From: Octopus sinensis
Lineage: Eukaryota
NCBI RefSeq assembly: GCF_006345805.1
Contig: NC_043004.1
Location: 82,274,001 to 82,338,000, forward strand
Direction: 5' to 3'
DNA length: 64,000 nt
The translations under genes and the position numbers were made by a program. Positions within the stretch are counted from its first letter, which is position 1, and each line of letters begins with the position of its first letter. The notes under the pieces were generated by a model. That model searched no databases, was not told where the DNA came from, and was given only the letters and a program-made list of their open reading frames with translations. Positions 50,341-63,375 of this stretch are shown piece by piece.

Positions 50341-50515
50341 CTTGATTGGCTCTGCGACATAGAGGAAACCGATCGACTATATGATCGATTGGTGGCCGAG
50401 CACTGCTGCCATCACAGCTGTAGGCATATTGCCAATAGAATTGGTTTAGAAACGCGTGACTCTCATTTTAAAGATGGCGAGCTGTTCGCTTTGAGAAAGA
50501 GAGCTGCCAATTTGT
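50341..50515. promoter_or_regulatory. Possible CCAAT-box cluster (promoter-like)
   Basis: CCAAT/ATTGG at 50345, 50388, 50432, 50440 and 50508, plus AAGATGGCG (YY1-like) at 50472. Confidence 0.25.
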
Positions 50516-50984
50516 TCTCTCACTGTCTTCTTTGGAGAAGAAGTGTCTTATTATAGAATGAATATATAATTATTTAGCAATAATCTATGAAGTGTTGGGG
50601 AGTTAGTTCACATACATGGATTCCTACATAAGCATATATACATGTTATAAAGGGTTAATTGCATGCAGATATACGCACGCACATATATGCGTATATGGTA
50701 AAATGGTTGTGGAAAGGATGACGAAAAAGAACGGAAACGTACTTAAAAGAAAAATATCTTTTCTTTGCAGCCTTGCCATCAAACAAGTTGTCAGTCCAAA
50801 TAAACTATAAACTTCCATTTGTGAAGAGAAATTATATGGCAAATGTATGTGTAGGAGCACACATTCTTATATATATCTACATACATATATCTACACACAT
50901 ATACGTAGGTATGTACATATGTGTAAATGTATGTATGTATGTATGTATGTATGTATGTATGTATGTATAGTGTGTGGGCGTGTA

Positions 50985-51499
50985 TGTAGATACATACATT
51001 CGTTCACGCCAGATGACTTAAAAGGTGTATGCACTCTTGCCATGCGTGAAAGTACATTCGAAAATACCCCGACGTTTATGCACACATTGCTTTGCAATCA
51101 TATATTTAGAAATGTCTGGAACCATTGTGAAGATCTATAGAGAAGTTGTGCAAAGAAAACTTCGAAAATCCAACTAAGGATAAAGACATGCATACAAATA
51201 CATACTTACATACATACAGACAGACAGACACACACACATATATTTACTACGTAGATACTACAATTGTGTAAACATGTGTATGTATGCATGTATATATGTA
51301 TGTATATGTTCATACCAGGTGATTTAAAGGGTATGAGCACTCTTGCCATGCATGAAAGCACATTCGGACATACGTCGCCGTTTATGCACACACTCCTTTG
51401 CTATCACAGATTTCCAAACGTCTGGAACTACTGAGAAAACCTATAGAGAAATTAATCGAAGAAAACTTTGAAAATCTAAGGATTTAGACATACATACAA

Positions 51500-51530
<31 letters not shown>

Positions 51531-51652
51531 CATACATGATACATACATACATATACATACATACATACATACATACATACATACATACATACATACATGA
51601 TACATACATACATACATATATACATACATACATACATACATACATACATACA

Positions 51653-51685
<33 letters not shown>

Positions 51686-51960
51686 TTACTACGTAGATAC
51701 GTACATGTGTGTAAACATATGTATGTATGTATGCATACGTTCATACCGTGTGATTTAAAAGATATGAGCACTCTTGCCATGCGTGAAAGCACATTTGAAC
51801 ATACGGCGACGTTTTATGCGCAAGTTCCTTTGCAATCACATATTTTCAGACATCTGGAACTACTGTGAAAAGAAATTGTGCGAAGAAAACTTTGAAAAGC
51901 TCACTAAAGATTTATACATGCATACAAATACATACATACATAAATCATGCACACATATAC
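50985..51960. repeat. Three diverged tandem copies of a unit of about 200 bp, separated by (TACA)n
   Basis: The shared core GCACTCTTGCCATGC.TGAAAG.ACATT recurs at about 51030, 51340 and 51770. Confidence 0.85.
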
Positions 51961-52039
51961 AAAACAAAACATACAAATCTGTACGTATACATACATACTA
52001 ATATTTTCACACATGTGGATGCGTGTATGTGTGTAAATA

Positions 52040-52430
52040 TATGTATAGAGGTCAGCTGCTCTGAAGATATAAATATATCTTTGAAACACAAATAAAAAGA
52101 GGGCATCAATGGACAACTGCTTCGAATCTCCAGCTTCTATATCCATACTATGAATTCATATTCATACCAGTAATAATTGGAGCACAAGGTTTTGTTAGTA
52201 AATGCTTAAAGGAGAATCTGGATAAACTGAGATTTTTAGAAAGAGAAATCCACCGACTAATTCGTAAATTACAAGTGCAATCTGTAAGTGGAACAGTACA
52301 AATATGCAAGAATTTTCTCAAGTTCCAAATATGAATTTGTCTGTGATAATTACATCCCAAAGACGGAGCCTTGTATCTTTGTTGGAAACCGACACCCTTC
52401 TCAGTGGAAGATTTATAATAATTAATAAAT
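52040..52430 (+). mobile_element. 3' fragment of a third R4/Dong-like LINE family
   Basis: IEVSCSEDINISLK..LQLLYPYYEFIFIPVIIGAQGFVSKCLKENL..LQVQSVSGTVQICKNFLKFQI* (joined across frames). Confidence 0.7.
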
Positions 52431-52638
52431 AGAAGAGACACATACATACATTCATACAAAAATACCCTGCTGATGTTGCAGAAATTCGGATGAAGGAGAC
52501 TTGCATTATGGTTAGAAACCGGTTCTTTCTTTATTAGCAAGAAATCGTGAAGCAGAGCTGAATAAAGACATACATACACACGTTCATACACATACACACA
52601 TACACACAGACACACGCGCGCACACACACACGCGCACG

Positions 52639-52694
<56 letters not shown>

Positions 52695-52704
<10 letters not shown>

Positions 52705-52944
52705 CTCTTTTACTCTTTACTCTTTTACTTGTTTCAGTTTTTTGATTGTGGCCATGCTGGAGCATCGCCTTTAGTCGAGCAAATCGACCCCAGTACTTAT
52801 TCTTTGTAAGCCTAGTACTTATTCTATCGGTCTCTTTTGCCGAACCGCTAAATGACGGGGACGTAAACACACCAGCATCTGTTGTCAAGCGATGTTGGGG
52901 GGGGGGGACAAACGCACATACATACACACACACACATATATATA

Positions 52945-52989
<45 letters not shown>

Positions 52990-53152
52990 TACGACTGGCT
53001 TCTTTCAGTTTCCGTCTACCAGTTCCACTCATGAGGCTTTGGTCAGCCCGAGGTTATAGTACAAGACACTTGCCCAAGGTGTCACGTAGTGAGACTGAAC
53101 CCGGAACCATGTGGTTGGTAAGCAAGCTACTTACCACACAGCCACTCCTACG

Positions 53153-53155
<3 letters not shown>
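52695..53155 (-). mobile_element. Complete OK-type SINE
   Basis: Head GGCGTAGGAGTGGCTGTGTGG, B-box GGTTCAGTCTC, internal microsatellite and a tail ending in (GTAAAAGA)n. Confidence 0.88.
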
Positions 53156-53197
<42 letters not shown>

Positions 53198-53661
53198 ATA
53201 TATATATCATTCAGTTTAGCCATAGCGGTACCAATAGCCAATTGCTAGAATTAGATATATTTCTATCTTAGAGTATCATATAAGTAAATTCTGATGGGGA
53301 AATACATATTATCTGGCATCCTCCGTTCCGGCTTCTTGTAGGAACGAATATATCTGTACAGAGCGTAATACTAATTTCAAATTTTGGCACAAGGCCAGCA
53401 GTCTCCGTTAAGATGTTACGTCAGTTACATTGACCCCAGTGTTCAACCGATACTTATTTTATCGACTCCTAAAGAATGAAAAGCAAAGTGGAGCTCAGTG
53501 GAATTTGAACTCAGAATGTACAGACGGACGAAATGGAGCTGAGCATTTTCTCTCGAGTGCTAACGATTCTGGCAGCAAATCTTAGCGCACAGCCACGCAT
53601 GCGCCGATGAATAGAAAACAATCGCAATTTTCTATGTTTCATTAGTATATTCGTTAGTGTG

Positions 53662-54025
53662 AAGGCGCAATAGCCCAGTGGTTAGGGCAGCGGACTCGCG
53701 GTTTCGATTCCCGGACCGGGCGTTGTGAGTGTTTATTGAGCAAAACACCTAAAGTTCCACGAGGCTCCGGCAGGAGGTGGTGGCGAATCCTGTTGTACTC
53801 ATTCGTCACAACTTTCTCTCACTCTTTCTTCCTGTTTCTGTTGTACCTGTATTTCAAAGGGCCAGCCTTGTCACACTCTGTGTCACGCTGAATCTCCTCG
53901 AGAACTACGTTAAAGGTACACGTTTCGGTGGAGTGCTCAGCCACTTGCACGTTAATTTCACGAGCTGGCTGTTCCGTTCATCGGGTCAACTGGAACCCTC
54001 GTCGTCGCAACCGACGGAGTGCCAC
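53662..54025 (+). mobile_element. Third tRNA-derived SINE family, complete
   Basis: GGCGCAATAGCCCAGTGGTTAGGGC (A box) and GGTTTCGATTCC (B box). A partial copy lies at 48875-48975. Confidence 0.75.
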
Positions 54026-54370
54026 GAATTCGTTACTATTAAATAGCAATTAAGTTTAGTAGTAAAACAGGTGAATGTTTACTAAATTGATATGTATCGA
54101 TATAATAAGCGAATATCGGTAGACAGATTAGATGTTGTGAAATCAGATTGTAAGCAAACAAAAAACATAAAAGAAAAACGAATAAAACTTAAGCAAAGAA
54201 GAAACACAGCAATAAATAAGCTTTATACAAATAGATTATCAAGAACGATTTTGATACTGAATAAATAGAGTTATTGTCTATTTAGAAAACAGGGCCAATA
54301 TGACGAAACAAATACATTATTAAAAAAAACACTAACAAAGAATAAATAAACTGAAATGACGACGACGACG

Positions 54371-54430
<60 letters not shown>

Positions 54431-54441
54431 GTAACAATAAT

Positions 54442-54992
54442 AACAAGAACACTCAGAGATGGTAAGCCTCTGCCAAGGCAACACCAACATCCTCTCAACA
54501 ATTAGCCAGAGATGATTTTTAAAAGGAGAATATCTGAAATAAACTCGACTGCTAAAACCTGAACAAGACCGCTCTCAAAAATTAACTAAAAACACCGGAA
54601 AATAATCCAGAATCCTTGTTCGGTACCGGATTGATCCCCAAACCTAATCAGCTCGTGCCAGTCACGAGGTTTGTTTGCTTGTTTGTTCGTCCGTGGACAT
54701 GATATCTCAAGAACCGCTTGGTGGATTCGGATGAAACTTTCGGGGGTGTTAGGCCTTGTGACTGGCACGAGCTGATTACATTTTGGGATCGACGCTGTAC
54801 CGGAGAAGGATTCTGGATTATTATTATTTTTTTTTTTTTTACTTAAGTTTTGAGAGCGGTCGGGTTCATTATTAGCATTATCGTTTGTGATAGCAGTCGA
54901 GTTTATTTCAGATATTCTCATTTTAAAAATAATCTCTGGCTAATCGTTGGTGTTGCCTTGGCGGAGGTTTGCGCGCTCTGAGTGCTCTCGTT
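54442..54992. mobile_element. Inverted pair of non-autonomous Helentron/DINE-1-like halves forming an imperfect palindrome
   Basis: Ends AACAAGAACACTCAGAG..CCTCTGCCAAGGCAACACC and GGTGTTGCCTTGGCGGAGG..CTCTGAGTGCTC. The internal (TTTG)n and GGATTCGGATGAAACTT are typical of this group. Confidence 0.6.
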
Positions 54993-55037
54993 GTTATTAG
55001 AACTGAATAAAGCGTCTTATGGCCATCCCTGAATATA

Positions 55038-55138
<101 letters not shown>

Positions 55139-55159
55139 TATATACATATATATATATAT

Positions 55160-55672
55160 AAGTTAAGTTAATTTTTTGGCTCAAAAGGCAAAAAGCAAGG
55201 CCATGTAGGGGGACATGGAGTTATGTACAGGGAGGGTGTTCATGCAAAGAGTTCAGGCCATTTCTGGTCAAGGGAGACTTTGAACCGAGTGGTCGTCGGC
55301 ATCTTCACTATCTCGTCCGGCAGCTTATTCCACGGATCCGCAACCCGGACGGAGAAAGCCCCTCTCCTTCGATTGAGATGAAATCGTCGCAGATAGAGCT
55401 TTTCGGAGTGACCCCGCAGCCGATGCTCTGGAGCAAGAGTGAAGAACAACTCTTTCGAGAGGTTACACTCTCCGCTTATGATGTTGTGAGCAAGAATGAG
55501 ATCACCACGGCGTCGTCGTTTTTCTAGAGAATAAAGGTCGAGCGTCTTCAGCCATTCTTCATAAGACAAATGCTTGAGACCAAGAACCATGCGGGTAGCC
55601 AGCTTCTGGACTCTTTCGAGGTGATGTATGTCTTTGAGGAGATAAGGAAAAGAGGCCTGAATCCCATGCATA
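55160..55672 (-). mobile_element. 3' fragment of a second CR1-clade LINE family
   Basis: LERVQKLATRMV..LSYEEWLKTLDLYSLEKRRRRGDLI..LRGHS..FSVRV..WNKLP, then a (TTAAC)n tail. Confidence 0.88.
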
Positions 55673-55969
55673 CATATTCTTTTACTCTTTTACTTGTTTC
55701 AGTCATTTGACTGCGGCCATGCTAGAACACCGCCTTTAGTTGAACAAATCGACCTCAGGACTTATTTTTTCTTAGCATAGGACTTAGTCTATCGACCTAT
55801 TTTGCCGAACCGCTACGTTACGGAAACATAAACACACCAATACCGGTTGTCAAGCGATGGTGGGGGGGGGGAAACTACAATCTCTACCACTCTTACAAAT
55901 AGTACAATTAATAACAACAATAGTAATAATAACAATGATGGTAATGATAACGTTAATAATACTAATAAT

Positions 55970-56180
55970 CTGGACTTTTCTACCCCACCTCTCTAACCTC
56001 TCCTCTGACAATATTACCTCCTCCATCCCTGAACACAATCCCCAAAATTCACCTAATTGTAATTGCCGTCCTGGAACCATTTGCCCGTTACAAATCCATT
56101 GCATAAGATATATCTATTACCCAACTCTACAGCCATATACATAGGATCAACCAAACGCCAATAATAATAACAAACGCAGT
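55970..56180 (+). pseudogene. Degraded PLE fragment (Cys-rich linker plus GIY-YIG start)
   Basis: CNCRPGTICPLQIHC..YIY..AIYIGSTKR resembles the PLE pattern CNC...CPL...C...VY...YIG.T. Confidence 0.55.
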
Positions 56181-57577
56181 CGTCCAATACCGCTTGTTAA
56201 TTGTTTGCTAGTTGTTTAAATATCTAACCAATTAATAAATCAATGTTTTTTGTTTGTTTTGTGTGCTAGTTAAGCAATCAAGCGATTGTTTGTTAGTTGA
56301 AGTTCTCTCATCACCGTTAGCGACCTTTTCAGTGACTTAGTGACTTTCCCTATCGTTCCAAGGTCTGCTCTGGGCCCGTCTGAAAATTGGTCTTCTGTCT
56401 GTGTGTATGCTTGCTTGCATGTGTGTATGTAGACGTGTGTTTGCTTAGATGAGAAGGTAAGTGTGAAATTAAACGCAGAGTTTGGGTATGCGCATGTGTT
56501 TGTGTTTGTATGCGTGTGTGACTGTGTGGTCTAGTGTGTGTGTATTCGTGGGGGTTGAGTCGATTATGTGAATGGTATGTTCGAATGTGCGTGTATGTGT
56601 GCATATGTGTGTGTGTGCCTGTGGATGTGTGACTGTTTCCTTATTCAGTGCATTCAAGCATGTGTGTGTGTGCGTATCTTCTTGTGCGTGTTACGTGATA
56701 TCTTTCAAAATTGATAATCTACTGCCAGTACGCTTGCACTTACGCGTTCGTGTGTCTGTATGTGTGTGTTCCTGCTCACGTATGTGTGTGTGTGAGCGCT
56801 TGTGCGCGAGTGTGTGTATGTATATGTGCATATTTGTGTGCGCACTTTTATACGGACGTATGCCTGTGTAGGTATGCGTGTGTGTATATGTGTGTGTCTT
56901 TGTGCCTGTGTGTATGCGGATGCGTGTGTACTTGTGTGTTCATGTGATCCTGCGCGTGTGTATGAGTGTATTTACGCTTGCATGTATGCGTGTGTATGTG
57001 TGTGTATGTATGTGTACGTTTGTGTATGCCTGCACATGTCTGTGTGTGTGTAGGTGTGCATACGTACGCGCGCGTGTGTGTATGTGTGTGTGTAGGTGTG
57101 CATACGTACACGCGCGTGTGTGTATGTGTGTGTGTGTCCGTCTTTGCGTGTGCATGGATGTGTGTGACTCTGTATAGGAACACTTCTTGGCGATACGTAT
57201 TTATTTCTAAGAATTTTCTTGTGTAATTTTGTCATTTTTTCTTACATTATCTGTACCTGTCTATGCCTAAATGCGTGCACATACGTGAGCGTGCCTGGAA
57301 TTGAATCGATGTCTACTGGAATTATTTTGGCCTAATGACTCTTCCAAGACACAACAAAACTTGATCCAAGACACGAAGGCACATCTAGAATTTTATAATC
57401 CAAATATAAAAACGATGTATATACGTACACACACACACACAAACAAACACACACGTACACACACACACACACGCACACACACACACACACACAAACACAT
57501 ACACATATAATTATGTATGTATGTATGTATGTATGCATGTATTCATCATACTCTCTCTCCGTATATATATATATAAA

Positions 57578-57868
57578 TATATATGGGGGTGGTGGTGCAT
57601 GTGTGTATTGGTACATACATAATTACAAACACATATAAATACATACAGACAGATATACATGCATATATATATTCATACATAATACACGTTAATATATACA
57701 TATACATACATTTATATATAATATATATGGGGGTGGTGGTGCATGTGTGTATTGGTACATACATAATTACAAACACATATAAATACATACAGACAGATAT
57801 ACATGCATATATATATTCATACATAAATACACGTTAATATATACATATACATACATTTATATATAATA
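57578..57868. repeat. Near-identical tandem duplication of about 145 bp
   Basis: The unit TATATATGGGGGTGGTGGTGCATG...CATTTATATATAAT occurs twice. Confidence 0.9.
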
Positions 57869-57917
57869 TATATATATATATATAAACATACATGTATATA
57901 CACACACACGGACATAA

Positions 57918-57949
<32 letters not shown>

Positions 57950-58221
57950 GTATATATGTATGCATATATATATATATGTGTGTGTATGTGTGTGTGTGTG
58001 TGTGGTGTGTGTGTGTGTGTGTGTGTGTGTGAGTGTAGATATATTTGCAATAATGAGTAGAGATCATTTTTGGTTGGGGTGGTGGGATAATGTAGATGTT
58101 TCTGAAATGGAAAAATATGTTTTACTGGTCGCTTGGATAGAAAGAAACTTTTTCTAAAAAGTATACATTAAAACAAATATATACACAAAAAAGGGAAAAA
58201 CATAAAAACAATATATATATA

Positions 58222-58589
58222 TGTAGGCGTTGGAGTGGCTGTGTGGTAAGTAGCTTGGTTACCAACCACATGTTTCCGGGTTCAGTCCCACTGCGTGGAA
58301 CCTTGGGCAAGTCTCTTCTACTATAGCCTCGGGCCGACCAAAACCTTGTGAGTAGATTTGAAGTCCGTCGTACATATGTATATAAAGTTAATCCAAACAA
58401 GAAAATACAAAAAAAAAACACAACAACGCAAGGACGTGGAACAAATATAGTATTATTGGACGCTCAGGAAAGAGGGAAGAAGGAGGGTTTAACGTTTCGA
58501 GCGGAGCTCTTCGTCGGAAACATAGGAGAAGGAAAGATCCCGAGAAGGGAAGACAGAGGAAAAAAATCGCCAACGGTACACACGAGGTC

Positions 58590-58623
<34 letters not shown>

Positions 58624-58845
58624 ATATGTATGTATGTATGTGTGTGTGTGTATATGTTTGTGTATCTGTGTTTGTACCCCCATCATCTTTTGACAACCGA
58701 TGCTGGTGTATTTAAGTCTCCGTAATTTAACGATTCGGCAAACGAGGCCGATAGAATAAGTACTAGGCTTACAAAAGAATAACTACTGGGGTCGACTTGC
58801 ATGGCCACAGTCAAATGATTAAAACAAGTAAATGAGTAGAAGAGA
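58222..58845 (+). mobile_element. OK-type SINE with a nested PLE-derived element (58386-58589, minus strand) in its internal (TA)n
   Basis: SINE head at 58222 and 3' half from about 58640. The insert is homologous to 45179-45399. Confidence 0.8.
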
Positions 58846-58851
58846 GTATGT

Positions 58852-60028
58852 AAACAACGGTTTACAGTGAAAAGCAACTTCACATGTGCTTCGGAGAACC
58901 TAATATACTCACTAACCTGCTCCGGGTGTCAAGAGCAGTACATAGGCCAAACAAAAAATAGTTTGCGTAAACGAATGGCCCTGCACAGATCCCAGATAAA
59001 AATTCCCCAAAACAGAAAAATAGCTTTTAGCCAACACATAGATACTTGCGCCAACAAAAAAACACCAAGCTTCAGGATTTTCCCCCTCTACCAATTTAGG
59101 GACGATACAACCTCGAGACAACGAATAAGTAAAGAAACTCTCTTTATTACAAAATACAGGCCACTTCTTAACGGGTCTACGACAAACAATTAATATACCT
59201 CAACTTTAGAATAAAAGAAATATACACACACAAATATTACATTCCAAAGAATCCATTACTAATCACAGCTAAAATCACAGCTATAATCCACAACATGCCA
59301 ACTTCAAGTCATACAACACCTCACTATTTTCACCCATTCATATTCTCCCTTCTCTGTTTTTTTCTTCTTCTTCCTCTTCTTCTTCATCATCATCATTATC
59401 ATCATCATCGTCGTCATAATCATCACCACCATCATCATCATCGTCATCTTCTCCTTCTCCTTCTTCTTCTTCTTCTCCTTCTTCTTCTTCATCATCATCA
59501 TCATCAACATCGTCATCTTCTTCTTCTTCTTCTTCTTCTTCTTCTTCTTCTTCTTCTTCTACTTCTACTTCTTCTTCTTCTACTTCTCCACCTTCTACCC
59601 CTTAACTTTGTCACTAATGTTTTTTAGTATAACACCTACGCAAATTCTATAAACAAGCCTTTCAATAGAAATATTCTCCTGAATTGAACTGCGACTGCTA
59701 GCCGCCACTGACCATTCAAAATACGACCATCAGGGCACTCCCAGATTTTCCCACCCCCTTTCCTCATCAGCCTTCTTCTTCTACTATCCTACCAAGAACT
59801 CACAACGACCTCCAACACACAAGTGCAAACAAGGGAGTCAGAGAAAGGCAGAATGCCACTTATATCTGAACACTACTATAGAAATATTCCTTTAAAAAAA
59901 CTTTTCTTCTAATTTTTCTAAATTTAATTATTTAATCGTTACAGTTGAAAAGGTCTCAAAATGACCGAAACCGGTACTGAAATGTTCACTATAAAATTAT
60001 TTTAGCATTTTCTATTTTTGACTTGTTT

Positions 60029-60030
<2 letters not shown>
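58852..60030 (+). mobile_element. 5'-truncated Penelope-like element: GIY-YIG domain (stop at 59193), long 3' region and terminal hammerhead
   Basis: FTCASENLIYSLTCSGCQEQYIGQTKNSLRKRMALHRSQI..KETLFITKYRPLLN. Hammerhead at 59942-59979. Confidence 0.85.
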
Positions 60031-60068
<38 letters not shown>

Positions 60069-60324
60069 ATGTATATATATTGTGTGTGCATTTGTGTTCG
60101 TGCATGTACATATGTACATCAGTTAGTAGGACCCGGTCAAAAGGAGGTTATTTAGCTACCATTTCCATGTGAGCGACGAAAAATGTAGAAATCCGTGTTG
60201 AAAGTGTTGAACAAACATTATCCCACAATATTTACATTTCAAATTTATTGGAATTTGCATTCTTTCCTATTTTTGGTATTTTTTTTTTTTTTGAGAAGTT
60301 CTTTTGATTTTGCTGATCGCTACC

Positions 60325-60639
60325 TAGCTCAGATACCAGGAAATTCAAAAACGGCAGAAATACCAAAAGATAGTGCTCATGGGAACTGCCCATATCCTAC
60401 GTAAAATACTGTCTATGTAATCTCAAATTTTAAAATAAACTCATAATTTTTTCTTTCTTAAACTTTGTCTAGAACAAAACTAAGTGTAAAACCAAATATA
60501 TGACTCCCCTAGGCATAAATCTAACTTGAACTTCTAACTTATTTTGTCTTGAGGTCTCTAGATGAAACTTGGAACTATCTTGTGCAAATACAAAGCAAAA
60601 GTCAAACATATAATAATAATAATAATAGTAATAATAATG

Positions 60640-60712
<73 letters not shown>

Positions 60713-60740
60713 GAATAATGATAATAATAATAATAATAAT
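60325..60740 (+). mobile_element. 3' end of an R4/Dong-like LINE with a (TAA)n tail
   Basis: IPGN..AEI(Q)KIVLMGTAHILRKILSM* across a frameshift. The UTR is shared with 2960-3130. Confidence 0.75.
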
Positions 60741-60960
60741 AATCCTTTCTAGTATAGGCACAAGGCCTCGAAATACTGGAGAAGGGGACAAGTTGATTAC
60801 ATCAGCCCCAGTGTTCAACTGGTATTTATTTTACCGACCCCGAAATGATGAATGGCAAGGCTGAACCCGGCGGCATTTGAACCCAGAACGTGAGGACAGA
60901 CGAAATACCGCTACGTATTTCGTCCGGCGTGTCAAGGATTCTGCCAGCTCGCCGCCTGAT
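60740..60960 (-). mobile_element. OR-type SINE embedded in (AAT)n
   Basis: Reverse complement reads GGCGGCGAGCTGGCAGAATC...GGGTTCAAATGCCGCCGGG..CCTTGCCATTCATCATTTCGGGGTCGG. Confidence 0.75.
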
Positions 60961-60991
60961 AATAATAGTAGTAGTAGTAGTAGTAGTAGTA

Positions 60992-61083
<92 letters not shown>

Positions 61084-61086
61084 AAC

Positions 61087-61122
<36 letters not shown>

Positions 61123-61605
61123 AATAATAGTAATAGTAATAATAATAATGATAATAATCTTTTCTACAATAGGCACAAGAACTGAAATTTACATCGAACC
61201 CAGTATTTCATTGGTACTTAATTTATCGACCCCGGTAGGATGAAGTCATCTTGCAGTGCACCCTATACATTTGCTACGGTAAATGGTCGCTTGTCACTTC
61301 CGTGGTTACCTCGTTCACTCGATGGAGAAAGGATCGGCCCTTCACCCACTAGCCATTCACTACCTTGAACGATGCGCGTACGGTGCATAGTTCACGGCAT
61401 ATTTACCGCACTGCTAAATAATTGCTATGATGTATATTTTGCAAAATTTCCATTTTAATTTGAGCCATAAATCCGTTTCAAATTACAAGATTAAATGAAT
61501 TTGTGATAGGCAAATAAAGATATTACTTCTATATTACGTTTAGTGGAATTCGTGCTGTTTAATTTGCTTTTGCTTCTGATTTGTTTCTTTCTTTTTATGT
61601 TCTGG

Positions 61606-63183
61606 AGACACTGAGGGGCATCCTGCGAGAACTAGAATGCGGGAGGAGCGTGTCTGCATACACCACTCTGATAGTGTCAAGCTACAGGCATATCGACTAG
61701 GTCGGCGAGACACTAAAAGAATGCGAAGCAGTAACGGGAGCGAAATTTAACTGGGAAAAGTCAGTGGGCTTGTGGTTCGGCACCTAGAGAAGTAAGCCTA
61801 TGCCGTTCAACAGCGTCTCCATCGTGGGACACTGGACTGATGGACCGGTTAAATTGCTCGGAGTCTGGTTCAGTCCGGATCTCCAAATGGAGAACTGGGA
61901 CGAGATAACGAGTAGAGTGTCCACTCTCACCCAGCAATGGACCGAGAGAAAGCTATCCTTAAACGGTCGGCGGAGGTGGCGAACGCGTACATCGCATCCG
62001 TCATCGATTACCGTCTGACCATCGTGTCTTGTCCCGACCCTACCATCATCAAACTGGAACGCATACTCTTCTGCTTTTTGTGAAAGAGAAGCGTTCCGAT
62101 GCTTAGTTGATCCATTTGCTGCCAACATCCGCTAAATGGAGGGCTAGACATGCCGTGGTTGATGATGCGCAGACATGCGCTGAGACTGAGACATCTCCGG
62201 CGCTTCATAGACGACGGTGAACAGGTATGGTTGCCGTTTGTGAGGCGCGCTTTCCTGCAGGTCGAATCCTTGGCTCCAGTAGTGGTTCAAACAGAGACCG
62301 AGGCTAAGCGAATGGCACCGCGAGTGCCGCCTTGCTCTCAAGGGACCAAACTTGTGCGACTTCAATTCCACGAAGGCGTTCTATAAAGGATTAGTGGAGG
62401 GGAGGTGCGACGACATTCTCGGGCAGAATATGGGCGGCGTCGACGGAAAATACCTGTTCGGGCCGGGACCTATGGACAATCACCATAGATCTCTGGTCTG
62501 GCAGTGCTATCGAGAAGCATTGCCCGTTTGGGATAATCTCTACAGGCACGGTTCGAGACACACCGGATCGACCTACCCGAGATGCTGTAAGAGCGACGAA
62601 ACCGTTCTTCACGCACTCGTGCAGTGTCCAATGATTTTGGACCTGTGGGCTTATGCTGAACAGCTGTTATCACGTGTGAGACGAATTCGATTTGGTGAAA
62701 GAATGTGTGTGGTGGACTCGAGCGAAAGGTTTAAAGACAAACACATTCCTGTCTGGCCAGTGGCCCATCAACTTTTTAAAGTACCACTTGAAAAGGAAGA
62801 TGAGAATCGAGAGGCAAATTTTGTCTCATGAACGATTCGATAAAAGGTGGGTGAATGACGAAACCACTTTGAGCATGATTCTGTAAATCGAAGAGAGAGA
62901 GAGAGACAGAGAGACAGAGACAGAGAGCACATTACTCTCATGTGTTTTGCCCCTCCCCTCCCGAGGTTACCGCGGTCTATTTAGTAGGCTTTTCTTTCCA
63001 TGGATAAACATAATCTGTTTTTACATTTTTGATCTTTTCTGTGATACACGATCCCTTTTGATCGGAAATTTATTTTCTCCTCCCTATTTCCTATTCTCTT
63101 CTTTTTCTTTCGAAAAAAAAAAGCTCTGCATTGTATTTTGTTCCCTCTGTGTTCGGCCCTGTGTGGCTAATAAAAGAACTTTT
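61606..63183 (+). mobile_element. Older, 5'-truncated and internally deleted Tx1-like LINE
   Basis: Homologous to 37625-39455 (MPWLMMRRHALRLRHL, WQCYREALPV, VKECVWWTR, KYHLKRK) with the same 3' terminus CCCTGTGTGGCTAATAAAAG. Confidence 0.88.
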
Positions 63184-63214
63184 CTATCTACACACAACAC
63201 ACACGCATATATAT

Positions 63215-63375
63215 ATATACGACGAGTTTCTTTCAGTTTCCGTCTACCAAATCCAATCTCAAGTCTTTGGTCGGCCCGGGGCTGTAGTAAAAGACAGCTA
63301 CCCAAGGTGCCACGTAGTGGCACCGAACTCGGAACCTTGTAGTTGGTAAGCAAGCTACTTACCACTCAGCCACAA
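63215..63375 (-). mobile_element. OK-type SINE 5' half
   Basis: Reverse complement head GTGGCTGAGTGGTAAGTAGCTTGC..GAGTTCGGTGCC. Confidence 0.75.
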
